Shown here: positions 1 to 13,371 of the stretch, piece after piece | Numbering within the stretch: the first letter of the stretch is position 1 | How the letters are laid out: each line of letters opens with the position of its first letter | From: Chrysemys picta bellii | Lineage: Eukaryota | NCBI RefSeq assembly: GCF_011386835.1 | Contig: NC_088797.1 | Span: 124,434,001-124,498,000 of the forward strand | Direction: 5' to 3' | DNA: 64,000 nt | Notes under the pieces: model-generated | What the model was told of the DNA's origin: nothing | The model's database searches: none | Seen by the model: the letters and a program-made list of their open reading frames with translations, nothing else | Made by a program: the position numbers and the translations under genes

Positions 1-80
1 GGGGGGTAATAGGAGCCTATATAAGACAATCTCCAAATATCGGGACTGTCCCTATAAAATCGGGACATCTGGTCACCCTA
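1..80. mobile_element. Right end of an hAT (Blackjack-like) MITE, truncated by the window edge
   Basis: Ends ...cgggacatctggtcacccta = reverse complement of a TAGGGTGACCAGATGTCCCG-type TIR. Confidence 0.7.
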
Positions 81-3000
81 CTTATAGCTTTGGCACATCT
101 GCATTACACCACAGGGAACATCAGAGCACGTAGCATCACAACATTCCCTTCCTCCTATCCGCCCCCAGTATGGTCTTTTTCTTATTTTAATAACAAAACC
201 ACCTGAATTGCTGACCATTCACTGAACTGCAGAGCTGGCTGGAGAACATCACCGAGGCCTCATTATTAATATCCGGATTTGTAGGTGTAGTGGAGTCAGC
301 AGTCCCTTCCATAACTGTATGGTCCAGGCCAGAATTTAGGGAGATCCTGCGTGGTAACACAAGGCAACACTAGCTGCAGTCAGTCAATCTGGAAGCTAGA
401 GAGAACCACAGGGTGTATCCGTGTCCAGCAGCCCCATTAAAGAATCCCCTTTCTATTCATCACCTGCCAAGTCCTGCCTCTTCTCTACCATTTGGGACAC
501 TGCAATAGAGGCGCCCATCCCTGTAGCTTTCCCCACCTTTAAAATGGGGATAGTAATTATGTAGCTCACAGGTGTGTTGGGAGGAGTAATTCAGTAATCC
601 CTGTAGACGAGCAATGCAAGACCCTCAGAGCAAGGTCCTATGGAAAGACAGAATAACCATTATCATTGAAAACCAAACATTTCCCCACTCCCTGACCTTT
701 CGAAATACACATTTCAACACTTCAGTTTGTTTGTTCTCTCACATCAACCTTTTAAAGGCCAAATATTCTTGGAATATATTTTTAAACAATGCAATTATTT
801 ATAAACAGGGCTGCCTCTACTAATCCACTCCCCTGGCTCCCAGCTGTGCTCAGGATCAGTTAATAATAAACTTGGGATATAGATTTCCCATCTTAATGAG
901 ACATCTCGCTGGGCCCCTTTTGTAAATAACTGATGTATACATTTTCATTTCAACACAGAGGGGTATATTGAACAGACCAAATTTCCCTCATGTTGCAGTG
1001 GGGGTAGGGGGAGTTTCTAATTTTCTTTTAATAGAGAGAAAGAGCAAGAAATCAGAGACTGAGGATCTGACCTGTCATGTTCACGACTCTCTAGTCAAAT
1101 TGGTTATTTCCCTACTTGGGCTCAGACCAGTAGATTGGCTCACTTTACCAGGCTACTTTGCATGCTGATTTTCATGTTTTCATGTTTTAAACTATTCTAG
1201 AATGACAGAAAGATAAAATTGCAAAAGGGAGGAAAGGATTTTATGGTGGTTTATAGAGAGGGCTGAGTCAATCACTGATTTTTCAGCTCGGTGACCAACC
1301 TGAAAAATCTGGAAAAAAATAATCATTTTGGGTCAACCTGAAAAAAAAGTTATTCATTTTGTTTCATTTTCGGGTGTCTTTTACCCCTTTTAAAAATAAA
1401 TTGAGCTGAATTTCAAAACAAAAATGGTCTGAAACAAAACATTACATTTTGAAAATGTCAAAACAAAATGTTTAAACATTGGGGGGGGGGGGGGAATATC
1501 CATTTTTTTGGCTGAAAATACAGTACTCACTGCATTCAACCTGAGTTTGCAAATAGTTTTGGTTAATTTGAAACTGTATTTTTTGGTGAATAAATTGTCT
1601 GAAAAATTTTGCCCAGCTCTATTTATACACAAGACTGGGAGTCAGGAGACCTGGATTGTCATCTCCCCTCTACAGCTTCTTCACCTGTAAAAGGGGGATT
1701 GGGATTAAAGTCTCACTGCCCCCCAAGTGTGTTGTGATGCTTAATTCATTGATGTGAGCAAAGTGCTCTGGGATCCTCAGATGACAAGAGCTGGAAAAAT
1801 GCAACGTTGTTACAAATGGAATTTCCTCCAGTTCTTGACCCTTGGACTTCTGTTCATATTGGAACCATTTAAAGGTTTTCACGTCCACCCTTTCTAGATC
1901 CAGTATTGTCACTTTAACGATCAGGACACTTTGAGAAGTATACTTGACGTAGCTTTAAAAACAGACAGTCTATGACCTTGTGTCATAATAATGATACTTA
2001 GTAGGTGCTAAAGGGATCTTCCTTCATAGCTGATGGCCACTGGCTCTCTTTCAAGCACCAGACCAAGTTCAAATGTCTCATCCTCACCTTCAAAGCCATG
2101 CATGACTCCCATTCCACCTCAGAACTTGCCTCCTTTGCTCCAACAATAATAGCTTCACTGCTCCCTTACTTTCCTTCTCGCCCTCCTGTCAAATCAAGAC
2201 AGTGAACTTGCTGCGTGGTTAGTGTCTCCTTCTATTTGTTCTCCTTGGACATTCCAACAAGCACGTTTTTTTGTTCACAGAAAGTGTCGCAAACGCTCAT
2301 GTGACTATTTATTCCTGCAGCCATCTTGAAAGCTCTTTGCGAGTCAAGGAATCATCCAATCAGAGAACAGAAACAACATCATGTGAGCTAGGGGACCGCC
2401 AACCACAATAGGTAAAATTCACCCCTGTGAAGAGGGTGAACATGAGGGCTCAGCATTACCGAAGTCCCACTGAAGCCTGAAGCCCTGGCCTAGGGACTGC
2501 GAGTTGTGCATCATTCGGGATTTATGCTGGTCCTCTGCAGTGCCCAGGGATGAATTGCTTCCTCCACGCACTACATGACGCAACAGTCATGGGAAATGTT
2601 TCACGAGCCATCTATAGACTGAACATACAGCTGCATAAAACATCTACCCTGTGACTGTAAATAAGAGACAAACTGATTAAAAACAAACCAGTGTTTGGGG
2701 TGTGGATAATTTGCAGGTGTGGAATAAGTTCTTCCCTGTGAACGGTTTACCCAGCTCTAGGAAGTTGTCGCGCCAAACTCATTAGCAAACTGGGGTCCTG
2801 GAAGGATGATACCAACTTTGTCTTAAACTCCAAAGCATTTTGTGTTAGCAGTCAGCTGGCAGGATCTCTGAACAAAAGCCCTAGGCTATAGCACAAAGCC
2901 ACAAGAGAAGAAAGATCAAGACACTGGCTCATAGAGGGCTTTATTCTGAATCCTGCTGAGCAGCCATTGACTTCAAAGTGTCACAGTAGTCAGGTCCTCC

Positions 3001-4224
3001 GCCCACTTTTAATGTAAGGCAAAGCTTTCAAAGTGATCAAACAGCCCTCTGCAAATATTGGGAGGTTTTGACTAGTTGTTCATTCAGGCTTTGATGTGAA
3101 TGTCCTTGATGTCACCAGAAAAGTCCCACACCAGGTGAGCAGAGGAGCTCTTAACCAGCACTGGAATTTGATTTGCAAAGTTTCTTTATCACAAGCTGCC
3201 TCACCTATATTCATGCAGCCAAATCTCCATTCCTGTTGGATGAGACCATGCAATTAGCTACAGAGCAGAAGTCAGAGACAGAATTAAGGCTTCCTGGTGA
3301 ATACCAAAGTGCATTGTACTCACCATCCATTGAACAGATCCACAGTGCACAGCATCTCAGGAGGGACATAGTGTTATCACCAGTCTGTTGGAGGCTAAAT
3401 GATGAGAGCCAGTAGTGCTGTCTAATCCTCACAACTCTGGGTTGTGTTCCTGACTCGGCCACGACCCTGCTGCAAGGTCTTGGGCAAACCACTTATTCTC
3501 TCTGTGCCTATTTACGTACCCATATAGCCCCCCTCTTACTACAGTAGCTGTGCACCTCACAATCTTTAATGTATCCATCCTCACAATGCCCCTGTAAGGT
3601 AGGGAGGTGCTATTATCTTCCCCTGCAGACAAGGCACAGAGATTTACCTAAGATCACACAGAAAGTCTGTTGTGGAAGAGGAAACTGAACCCAGGTCTCC
3701 CAAGTCTCAAGCTAACCTAACCACTGGACTATACTTTCGTCTCTTAAACTGCCTCAGTTTTCCCATCTGTAAAATGGGGACAGTACCACACCATTATCTC
3801 CTAGGTGGCAAGGAAGCTTAACTAATGTCTGTGCATTGCTTTGAGAACCTTGGATAACATGTCCAGGAGAAGGGCAACTATTTAACAAGAAAACCCCAGC
3901 TCATTTTGATTCATACTGCAGGAAATAAACAGGCCTGGACCAGCTGCAGCTGTCATGCTTCACTAACATCTGTCTGCAGTTCTGAACAGCTTGGAGGGAT
4001 CTGTCTTATTCATTCTGCGCTGTCTGTCAAATACATGCAGAGCCTCAGCTTCCGGTTTCACTCTTCCCATAGGAAAGCCCCAGTGCTTTGAAGGTTGAGA
4101 GTGACCTGATATATTGATTTGTGCATTGGTGTAGGGGAGAGGAGGCACGTATACTGGCCAAGTTAAGGTGGGTTGGGGAAGTCCCCCACACATCTCAAAG
4201 GCCAATACAGAAAAGGCTTGGAAA

Positions 4225-4620
4225 CCCTGTCTACAATTGTGATGGTGTGTAGGGTACGTGTCGCTGCACACCGCAGTGAAAGGCAGGCTGCGTCCACACG
4301 GCGTGGTGTGTTGTACACATGGCAGTGAAAGGCTCTGGCAAAGGCAAGGAGCTGCCAGAGCCTCTCCCTGCTGTAAATGGGAGACTTTCACTGCGGCTGG
4401 GAAAGGTTCCAGAAGTGGGAAGGCAGCAGTGTAGATATGGGAGGCACTGCACGAGCATGTAGACCCCCATATAGATATATAGCCTAGAGGTTCTGGCATG
4501 TCTATATTCTATTCACCTATGCAATGCCTCAGTGTCTACATTGCTAGTTACACCCATGCTATTGGGGTGTGCCATGTCTGTACTCTGCACACCGCTGCAA
4601 GTGAAGTGAAGACACAAGGG
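4225..4620. mobile_element. Degenerate Harbinger-type MITE
   Basis: TGTCTACA...GTGAAGACA-like inverted termini and internal GTCYACA/GTAGAC motifs; boundaries approximate. Confidence 0.5.
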
Positions 4621-6194
4621 TGGAGGTCCTGAGATACTCGGGTGGATGGCACTGGTTAAACATTACTGGATAAAATAGCGAGAAGAGAACATGTCAGAGC
4701 ACAAATTCCCTAGCCAATGCTATCCCCTGGGAATGGGTTGTTAGCAGGAGGAACTGGGGAAAAACCTCATGTGATAAAGCAAATCATTCACTTTCTTGGC
4801 AGGAGTTAGGGGACCCAAGGACAGCACAAGCTGCTGGATGAATCCCTGGATGGATGCTTTTACATATTTCTGCCTGGCTGGGTACTTATATGGCAATCCT
4901 CCCCATAGCATTGCAACCATGGGTGGTTTTGAATCATCAGAATACCCCTGAGAAGCAGGGGAATATCATGTCCTTTTTATAGATGGGAAACTGAGGCAGA
5001 GGGTAGATTAAGTAACTTGACCAAGGTCACACGGGGAATCTGTGGCAGGAACTAAAACCAGTTCTCCCAGGTTCCTGACCTGGGCCTTTGCCAATAGACC
5101 ACCCTCCCTCACCCACACTGATTCTTTTCCTAGCACCCCATTCCTATATCTTCAGAAGCTGCAACGGTTCACACTCTGAGGGCAGGTTGGGATTTAATTC
5201 AAACAGTTATTTTGCTGGCTTATGAGACCCTAGAATTAATACACTGAATTCTTTAGCCTTTGTTTCCTTCATCCCCAGTATCAGGTCTTGAGCATATCCA
5301 CTCTGCCTAGACATTTACAATACATTGAACTGGGTCCAGCTCCCATTTGAGCTTAATGCCCCCTTTCAGAATGGCCAGAATAAGAAAGGAAGAGAGGGAT
5401 GGTGAGGTGAGGTGCTTGCAGATTGGTCAAGACAGATCCATTTACTAGCTCTTCAGTCAGGGACAGTTCAGGAGATTGAGCTGTCCCTATACTTGAGCTG
5501 GTGCCAAAGTGACAGTCTAAATGTGACACGATTTATCACTCATTGTCCAAAGAGATCAGCTGGTAAAATGTTTTTAGGTCAGTAACCGCCTGTCCTTTAA
5601 TAGGGCATTAGACTAGGTCACCTCAGATCCCATCCCCCCACAACTACAAGAAACAGTATGACAGCTTGCTTCTCTCCCATCTCAACTCCCTCCCGCTTTC
5701 CTCCCTGGGGATGGGGAAAGCGTAAATAGGGCCCAGATGGACCAAACCTTGGAGTCTGTTAGACGGACTCTTCTGAAAGACTCTTCCTCCCAGTACACAG
5801 CAGGGTGGCCTCTGGGCCGTCTTCCAAATGAGGTTGGAGTGAGGGATGGATTCTATATTTCCAAGCAGCTTGCCCTTCCCCAGACAAAACCCCCATAGCC
5901 GAGATTGGCAGAGGCTGAGTAGTAGGATGCACAGAAGCTGGTGCCTGCCAGCATCTAATGCTGGGAAGGGGGCATCTTCATGCATCCTCTCCTGTGGGGT
6001 GAACCTATTTCTGAGTCGAGAGAGATCCAAGCTGTGAGTTCCAGAACCCCAGTTTGATCATCCACAGAGCTCAAAGGGGTTTGAATCCCACGCTCTGGTT
6101 CTGAGCCATGCATTCTGAGACCCGCTCCAGAGCTGAACCTGCCCAATGCAGGAAGAGGTTCAAGTTTTACCCCTCTTTGGGGGTGCTGACCAGT

Positions 6195-6440
6195 ATGTCA
6201 GAAGCAGGGATAAGTCCATCAATGGCTATTAGCCAGGCTGGGCGGGGATGGTGTCCCTAGCTTCTGTTTGCCAGAAGCTAGGAATGAGTGACAGGGGATG
6301 GATCACTTGATGATTCCCTGTTCTGTTCATTCCCTCTGGGGCACCTGGCACTGGCCACTGTCGGAAGACAGGATACTGGGCTAGATGGACCATTGGTCTG
6401 ACCCATTGGTATGAATGGTATGGCCATTCTTATGTTCTAT
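6195..6440 (+). mobile_element. CR1 LINE 3' end fragment
   Basis: ...caggatactgggctagatggacc...ggccattcttatgttctatg, a typical CR1 3' UTR and tail. Confidence 0.7.
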
Positions 6441-8244
6441 GGGACCCTGCTTTATAAAGAGGATCTGTAAACACAGAAAAGAAGACAACATATGAAAGTG
6501 AATGGATCCCATGTTAATAGCAAAGTCCTTGAGAGCTGGGGGGCAGGGCTGTGTGCAATAATCCAATCTCAGAACTTTTGACCCGAGCAATGCAACTTCC
6601 CTGCTTAACTACACACAGGCAGCATAACGGGCCCCCTCAGAGAGAGCCTGGTTTCTACCTCACTCATAAAACCAATTTACATAGGGTGGCTTGTTAACAT
6701 ATTATTAACAGATTTCTTTTCCCCAAGGCTCTCGGGAGCCAGCACGAGACAAGTTCATGCCAGGTGTTACTCCACTAAAGGAATGGAGGAATGGGCCCCG
6801 TGTGGCTTGCGGCTAGAGCACAGGACAGACAGGACACCTGGGCTCTGTCGGTGACTCATTTCAAAAAAACCATTTAACCTCTATCATAATAATACTTTGC
6901 ATCTTCCCCTCCAGCATCTCAAAAGTGCTTAATAAACCGTGAATGAAAATGACAGGGCTCATGCTAAAAAATGAGTCTCCACAATACCAGTGTGAGGCTG
7001 GTAAGGATGGTCCCCATTTTGTACGTGGGGAAATGGAGGTACAGAGAGATGAAGTGTCTTATGGGAGGTCACACTGCAAATCTGGGGCTGCAGGGGACCT
7101 CCAGGAACAGAACCCAGCACTCCTGACTCTGACCACTGGGTTTTAACCAACATCTCGCTCTAGTCTGTAACTCAGAGTCTCCATCCCTAAAAGCCAGGGA
7201 GACTACTACTTACTTACTGTACAAACTCTCATCCACCCATGGCTGCAGTGGCCTTTGTGGATTAGTGTTTGTAAAGTGCTTAGTGATCCTTAGGTGCACG
7301 GCCCTGTAAGAGTCCAAAATATGACAAGTGTCCCATTGTAAGTCTGGCTGAAAGCGAGAGTGCTCTTCTGTGGAGCAGAGGGGAGAATAGGACAACAGCT
7401 CTATACTGTACCGATGTATCACACTCTAGAGCATGGGCAACTTTACCCCGCCTCACTGTAGAATTGCCTTTACCTTCCAACCCCACTCAGAACACAACAG
7501 AGTGCGGCAGCATCACTAGTTCCCAAAGAAGTGAAAGGGGGGGAAGGGAAGCTGATAAATCTAGGAACCACTCCAATTGTTTTGCTAGCCTCAATACAAT
7601 TCCCCTGGCAGAAAGAGAGAGATGTTCCAGACATCCTGATTTTTGCATTAGTGCGCTCTCATCCTTGTGGGAGACAATCCTACGGAAGTGGATCATGTGT
7701 TTTCACCTGCTTACCAATTATCTGTGGGAGGAGCATTCAGCTAGCCTGTAGCATTTGCAAACAAGTTCACAGAGTCCAGCCAACTCCCTTTCCTGCTGAG
7801 AACCTAGATTGCTGTCTGGACTATAGAAATATAACAACAGCTCCCCCAACAAATAAAAGGTCTCAATGACCAAAGAACTGGAGAAATGAGGGCACTGAGA
7901 AGAACAGAGAAGGCAGATTTACCAAGCCACAAACTAGCCGAGATTCATGGACAATACTCTCTTAGAAGCGGGGAAAATAAACGAGGGATTGTTGCAAACA
8001 ACGTTTCTTTAATAAGCTAAAGAAAGGGGTGAGTTTGTTTGCTTTAAATATTGTGAAGGGGGAAGTGGGGCATTTTTCCAGGTAATAGAATAATTCAACA
8101 TGAAGGAAGAAGGAGATCATTGCAAATGAGCCATGGGTCTTGGAGGAAGGGAGTAAAGACTCCCAAGGAGAAAGAATAAAGCAAAGAGGAACAAGACCTT
8201 GGTCTTGGTTCAGGAAAGGAGGGAGGTAAAGGCTGTCCGTGAAG

Positions 8245-8793
8245 ATGGATAAGTTCCGAATGATCTTCCAGTTCCTCCAGTCCAATCAGGAATCTTTCAT
8301 GAATGGCATCTGTGGGATCATGGCCCTGGCCAGCGCCCAGATGTACTCCGCCTTTGATTTCAACTGCCCCTGCTTGCCGAGTTACAACCTGGTGTATGGC
8401 ATGGGCATCCTGTTTGTGCCCCCCTTGGTCTTGTTCCTCCTGGGCTTTGTGATGAACAACAATGTGTCCGTGCTGGCAGAGGAGTGGAAGAGGCCCACGG
8501 GCATGAGGCAAAAGGACCCGGCTGTCCTGCGCTACATGTTCTGCTCCATGGCCCAGCGGGCCATGATCGCACCCGCTGTCTGGATCTCCGTGACACTACT
8601 GGATGGGAAATGCTTCATGTGTGCGTTCAGCACCTCAGTGCCAGTGGAGAAGCTGGGGAACGGGAGCTACACGGGCCTGTCGGAGAAGGAGATGAGGAGG
8701 ATACTGGCCCGCATCCCCTGCAAAGAGATCTACAGCGGGCAGGAGCTTGTGGCCAGGGAGGTGGCAGTGAGATACCTGCGCTGCATCTCACAG
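8245..8793 (+). CDS. CALHM1: Calcium homeostasis modulator 1, coding exon 1
   Basis: ATG at 8245 gives [43 protein letters not shown]..., near-identical to the recalled CALHM1 N-terminus; ends CISQ|gtaagg (phase 0); 549 nt. Confidence 0.97.
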
Positions 8794-9659
8794 GTAAGGG
8801 GGGCTTGTGCTATATGGGCTTGGTCCTATCTGGATGGGAGACTTTCAAGAAGAAACCCACGGTTGCTGCAGGAAGTAGTGTTGGTACCTAAAACAGGGAG
8901 TGCTCTTTCTTTGGGGTCCACAGTGTGTGTCTGAGCATGGTTCTAGGGGGTGCTGGCTTTTGGATGGCATGTAAATCTGATGCCTTGGCTCACCATGACC
9001 ATTAACTATCCCAGGTCAGGTTTTTTGGAAGACTAGGGTTGTCAGCCTCAGTGTCTCCTCCTAGCCTAATTCCAATGTGGGTAGTTAGATTGTGCCTTCC
9101 TATATCCCCCCCTGACGTTTCAGTTGGATTCAGCTTTCACAGTCACTTCCTGTCCTAAATTCTTGGGGAGTGTTGCTGTGCACCATTAAATGGATAGCCA
9201 TGTTCCACTCCAGAAGTGGCTGCATTTCGGCAGGCAAATGATCCATACAAATCCAGGGCTAAATTCAGCCCATGGCATACTTGGGGCAATTCTCCCTAAA
9301 GTCAATAAGAGTTATATCTGCCTACACGAGAGCTGAATTTGGCCAACTGCCTATTCTGACCAAAGGACCCTACCTCTGCAAGATATTCTTTTATCAGAGG
9401 AGTCTGGGACCACATGGCATGGTGGTTAGAGAGCAGAAATGCAGGACATTGGCCTTCAAGGAGAACAAGAGTTGCTTAGTGAACTGTGAACCAGGGAAAG
9501 GAAGATTTTTTTCGAAGGGTAGCAATTTCTGGTGGAGAAATTTCTCCCACACAAGCTGGCCTGGGGAGTGAGGACCCAAGTGCTGGGTTCTGATCTCAGG
9601 TCCCCCCCCATATGGAAGCATTCGAGATAGCCACTGGGCTGCTGGAATCATGATAATTT

Positions 9660-9889
9660 GGTCACACTTTATATAGCGGTTCCATTTATAAAGGGTTCAT
9701 AAATGATTAATAGCTGTTTTAATAAATGGCTAATCAGATTGCTAGAGTCAAACAAGTCACAGGTTGCTTATTAGCATGGCTTATCTGACCATTTATAACG
9801 ATCTATATTCCTTTATGTCGCTAATCTGCATATAAACAGCTATCAATTGTTTCAATTCTTTATAAATGGAACCTTGATATTAAGTGACT
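9660..9889. mobile_element. AT-rich non-autonomous DNA transposon with ~30-bp TIRs (CALHM1 intron)
   Basis: Left ggtcacactttatatagcggttccatttataa versus right ttataaatggaaccttgatattaagtgact, an imperfect inverted repeat. Confidence 0.55.
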
Positions 9890-9894
9890 GATCA

Positions 9895-10100
9895 TTCCTA
9901 GCACAGCTATTGCACCTTCCACCTGAGGCTCTCTTTACCTGCTGTGGGGCTGAGACTCGGATGGGCAAGTACCATTATCCCCATTTTAAATACAGAAATT
10001 GAGGCACATAGAGGGGAAGTGACTTGGCCAACACTACAAGGCAGAATCAGTGGCAGAGACAAGAACAGAACCCGGCCTCCAGACTGATTGGCAAACACTC
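9895..10100 (-). mobile_element. MIR/CORE-like SINE
   Basis: Contains gaaattgaggcacatagaggggaagtgacttggccaa, the antisense core motif; boundaries approximate. Confidence 0.55.
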
Positions 10101-10930
10101 TCCACCAGCTGGTGCGTGATTGTAAAAGAGACAGTACCTGAATATAGAACCGATGCACGAGCCCTCCTTGGGAAGGCTGCGTTAGGCAAGTCCAGTTTGC
10201 CCTTCCTGGCGCTGACAACTGGGGTCCAGCAGGTTGGCAGGGCACAAGAAAGCCTGGTCCTAATGCAGGCCAGAGGCCAGACCCCTCTATTGCCATCCCT
10301 GGAATTTATGAATTAGACTGAAGAGAGCCTAGCTGCTCCTGCTCATTGAGGCTGGATATTACTGCGGCTAACAGCTTAGCAAAAAGAGACAGTTGTCTGA
10401 ATAAGGGCAGCATCTGCAGTTACACAGGTTGGATAACCAATTATAAGGTTAAGGATCCTCACGCTTCAGGACACGCCATTAAATGGCACCGTATGAGCAG
10501 GTGGATGAAGGACTCATATGGCGATTATCAGAGACAGGGCATTGGACTAGAAGCACCGTTTGGGCTGGTACAATTGACGGTAATTGTCATGCAATGCAGC
10601 TGGAGACGTAAAGGCACGTGCATGTCTGTGTGGAAATAACTAATCTAAACCCAGGTACAGGGACAACGCACAAATGGTCTCCTCATTTGCAATGTAAACA
10701 TCCCCCAATGCCAAGTGACCCAGTGCTAAGCCAGCCGCAGCAACAAAGCACTTCGCTGCTGCTGCTCTCAGCTTATTTGTTCCTCGTGGTTTAGAAAGGA
10801 TGCAAATACCCTTGAGCTTTTCATCGGGAAGTGTAAAATCCACCCCGCAGTCTAAGCAAGATGATTTGCCTTGTTACTGGGGTTTAAGTTCTGGCTGTGC
10901 CACTTGATTTTATGGCTTAACTCTTTAGAG

Positions 10931-11267
10931 CAGCGATTCGCAGACTTTAGCAACCCGAGGATCCCCATTTGGATTTTAAAATTTCCACGGACTCCCAAGC
11001 CCCCTGCTCAGCTCCAGGCCCCGCCCCCACTCCACCCCTTTCCCCAAGGCCCCACCCTTGCCCCTCCTCTTCCCCGCTTCTTTCCGCCCCTTCCCCCAAA
11101 CGCACCCCATCTCCTGACCTCCCCCTCCCTCCCAGCACCTCCTACACGCTGCTGAACAGCTGTTCCGCGGCATGCTGGAGGCGCTGGGAGGGAGGGGGAG
11201 GAGTTGGTCAGCAGAGCTGGCAGCCCTCCTGGAGTAGGGTCCGCAGAACCAAGTTTGAGAAACCCTG
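10931..11267. mobile_element. hAT (Charlie-like) MITE
   Basis: TIRs cagcgattcgcagactt / aagtttgagaaaccctg; 8-bp TSD ctttagag / ccttagag. Confidence 0.75.
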
Positions 11268-12903
11268 CCTTAGAGCCTTTATTATTCCTCTGCTAGGAGA
11301 CCAGCCCCTGGCAGATGATCCATTTTCAGGTAATGCTGTAATAAATTCATGTCAACCTCCAACTTAACAGTTGTTACTATATTGCTATGCCACACGCTGG
11401 GGGTAGAAGTCCTGCTATCAAAAGAACAGGCTCCTACCACTAGTGCAGAAGGAGAATCTCCATTAGCTGCTAGCAGTATAGAGCCTATGACACACACATC
11501 TTTCTGATTTCACTAGTAGCAGGCAGTGGTACACACGCTTCCATACTGCTGTCATATAATGTATCTATCTGCTCTGCTATGGTTCGGTTCTTGTCTATAG
11601 TGTCAGTATAAATGCTGAGTGGTAGTACATTTCATAAAAGGGTATTTCCTGGTACTTAAAGGACTCCATTAGAAGGTGGGCATGGTGTCAATCTATCCTT
11701 GCATTCAGACTGGTTTGCATTCAGACTGGGCTTAATCTTTAAAGACTATGGCCTTTTAATCCCATCTCTCTGGTACAGGTCCTCCATCACCACAGCATCC
11801 AAGCGTGGATTGACTGAGCCAAACAGCAGCATCCTGCATGAGGCACCATCCACATTATCAGGAGGCAAACTGAGGCACAGAGAGATTAAATATCTTGCAC
11901 AAGGGGACTCTGTGGCAGAGCCATGAATTGACCCCTGCCCAAGGAACAGAGCAACCAAGCCTGGTCTAGCATCTAAATGACAAGACCATCCCTCCGCCAA
12001 CACATTTATTGATCTGTAGAGTCTGGAAAATACCAGTATTCGAACACAAGAGAAAAAAAGATCATAGGACTTGAACTATGTGAGACTTTTGCTTAGAAAT
12101 GCATTGTTGTACCCTATAGAGCTTTGGAGTTAGAGCGGGCGAGGGGCCTGAAGTTACCTACAAAGGTTTTCTCCATCCCAGGCCTAAGAACTGCAGCATT
12201 TAACCCTTCATAGCATGAGAAGGAAGTGAGAGCTCCCTGTCCTCCCTCAGTCCCAGCAAGGCCCCTCAGCAGCGTAGCCATTTCATACCTGTGCTGCTAG
12301 CCGATACATTTTCATTGACATCTCTGGCAGAGGCTCTAGGGCAGAAACGGATCCGCAGCACAGCAGGGAGGGGCAGCTCTCATTCCAACTCACCTGTTAC
12401 CTTTCCCTTCCTATCACAGGCACCCTAAACAGAGGCAGACAGACACACACACTCAATCCTAAGGGGTACCCTTTTCCCCTCCAGATACTTCCAGTCCCGG
12501 AACGTTACCGATTTAGTTATTGAAGATAACTGGGGGAAAGGGTAGAGCCATTATCTAGAGAGAGTTGGCAGAGCTCAGGATCTGCTAAACCTTTCAAACA
12601 ATATTTCCCCCCATCATTAAGACCATGCTGGCCATATCAGCCCCTCGCTTACCTTAAACACTGTCCCACTCACGGTCCGGTTTTCCCTGTGGGCAAATAA
12701 AGCAATTCCTGTTGGTTACGGACTTTGCGGTATGTTTAAAACAAACCAGAGTCTTCATTAGAGAGAGGCCTGAACTGGTGGCATCTGAACAACCCTGCGA
12801 GGTCAAGGACTTGGGATCAAGGACATGGTTTTGTTTGAGCCCAGCCCCACCCTTGGTCTTTCTTGTTGTGACTAGTTTGGTTTCCCACCTTTTACCCCTG
12901 CAG

Positions 12904-13371
12904 GCTCTGGGCTGGTCCTTTGTGTTGCTGATGACCATGCTGGCTTTCCTTGTCAGGGCCCTCCGGCCCTGCTTCACTCAAGCTGCCTTCCTGAAGAGCA
13001 AGTATTGGTCCCACTACATCGACATTGAGCGCAAGCTGTTCGACGAGACCTGCACAGAGCACGCCAAGACCTTCGCCAAGGTCTGCATCCAGCAGTTCTT
13101 TGAGGCCATGAACCAGGACATGGGCCTGGGGCACACCCACTCCCCTGAGGCGGCTCCCTCGGAAGTGGGGGAAGAGAAAGAGAAGCTACTGGGCATCACA
13201 GACCAGGGGACTATGAACAAGCTCCTGAAAAGCTGGCACAAATGCAAGCCGCCTCTGTGCCTCCATCAGGAGGTGTTACAGAACGGGAACGGCTGGGTGG
13301 AGGAAAATCAGCATCGCAGTCACATCAGTCTGCCCAAGAGGGAGATTATCACCTACTATAGTAAAGTGTGA
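12904..13371 (+). CDS. CALHM1: CALHM1 coding exon 2
   Basis: cctgcag|GCT CTG GGC TGG; ALGWSFVLL...[24 protein letters not shown]...YYSKV*; spliced product 338 aa. Confidence 0.97.
   Translation, partial: ALGWSFVLLMTMLAFLVRALRPCFTQAAFLKSKYWSHYIDIERKLFDETCTEHAKTFAKVCIQQFFEAMNQDMGLGHTHSPEAAPSEVGEEKEKLLGITDQGTMNKLLKSWHKCKPPLCLHQEVLQNGNGWVEENQHRSHISLPKREIITYYSKV

Noticed and set aside
1-8200. CALHM3, expected upstream of CALHM1 from conserved synteny
   Set aside because: I found no CALHM-like peptide here; it presumably lies outside the window, so absence is not evidence of loss.
10800-10807. Octamer ATGCAAAT (POU2F3-type, taste-cell regulator) in the CALHM1 intron
   Set aside because: About two perfect 8-mers are expected by chance in 64 kb over both strands, and there is no supporting evidence.
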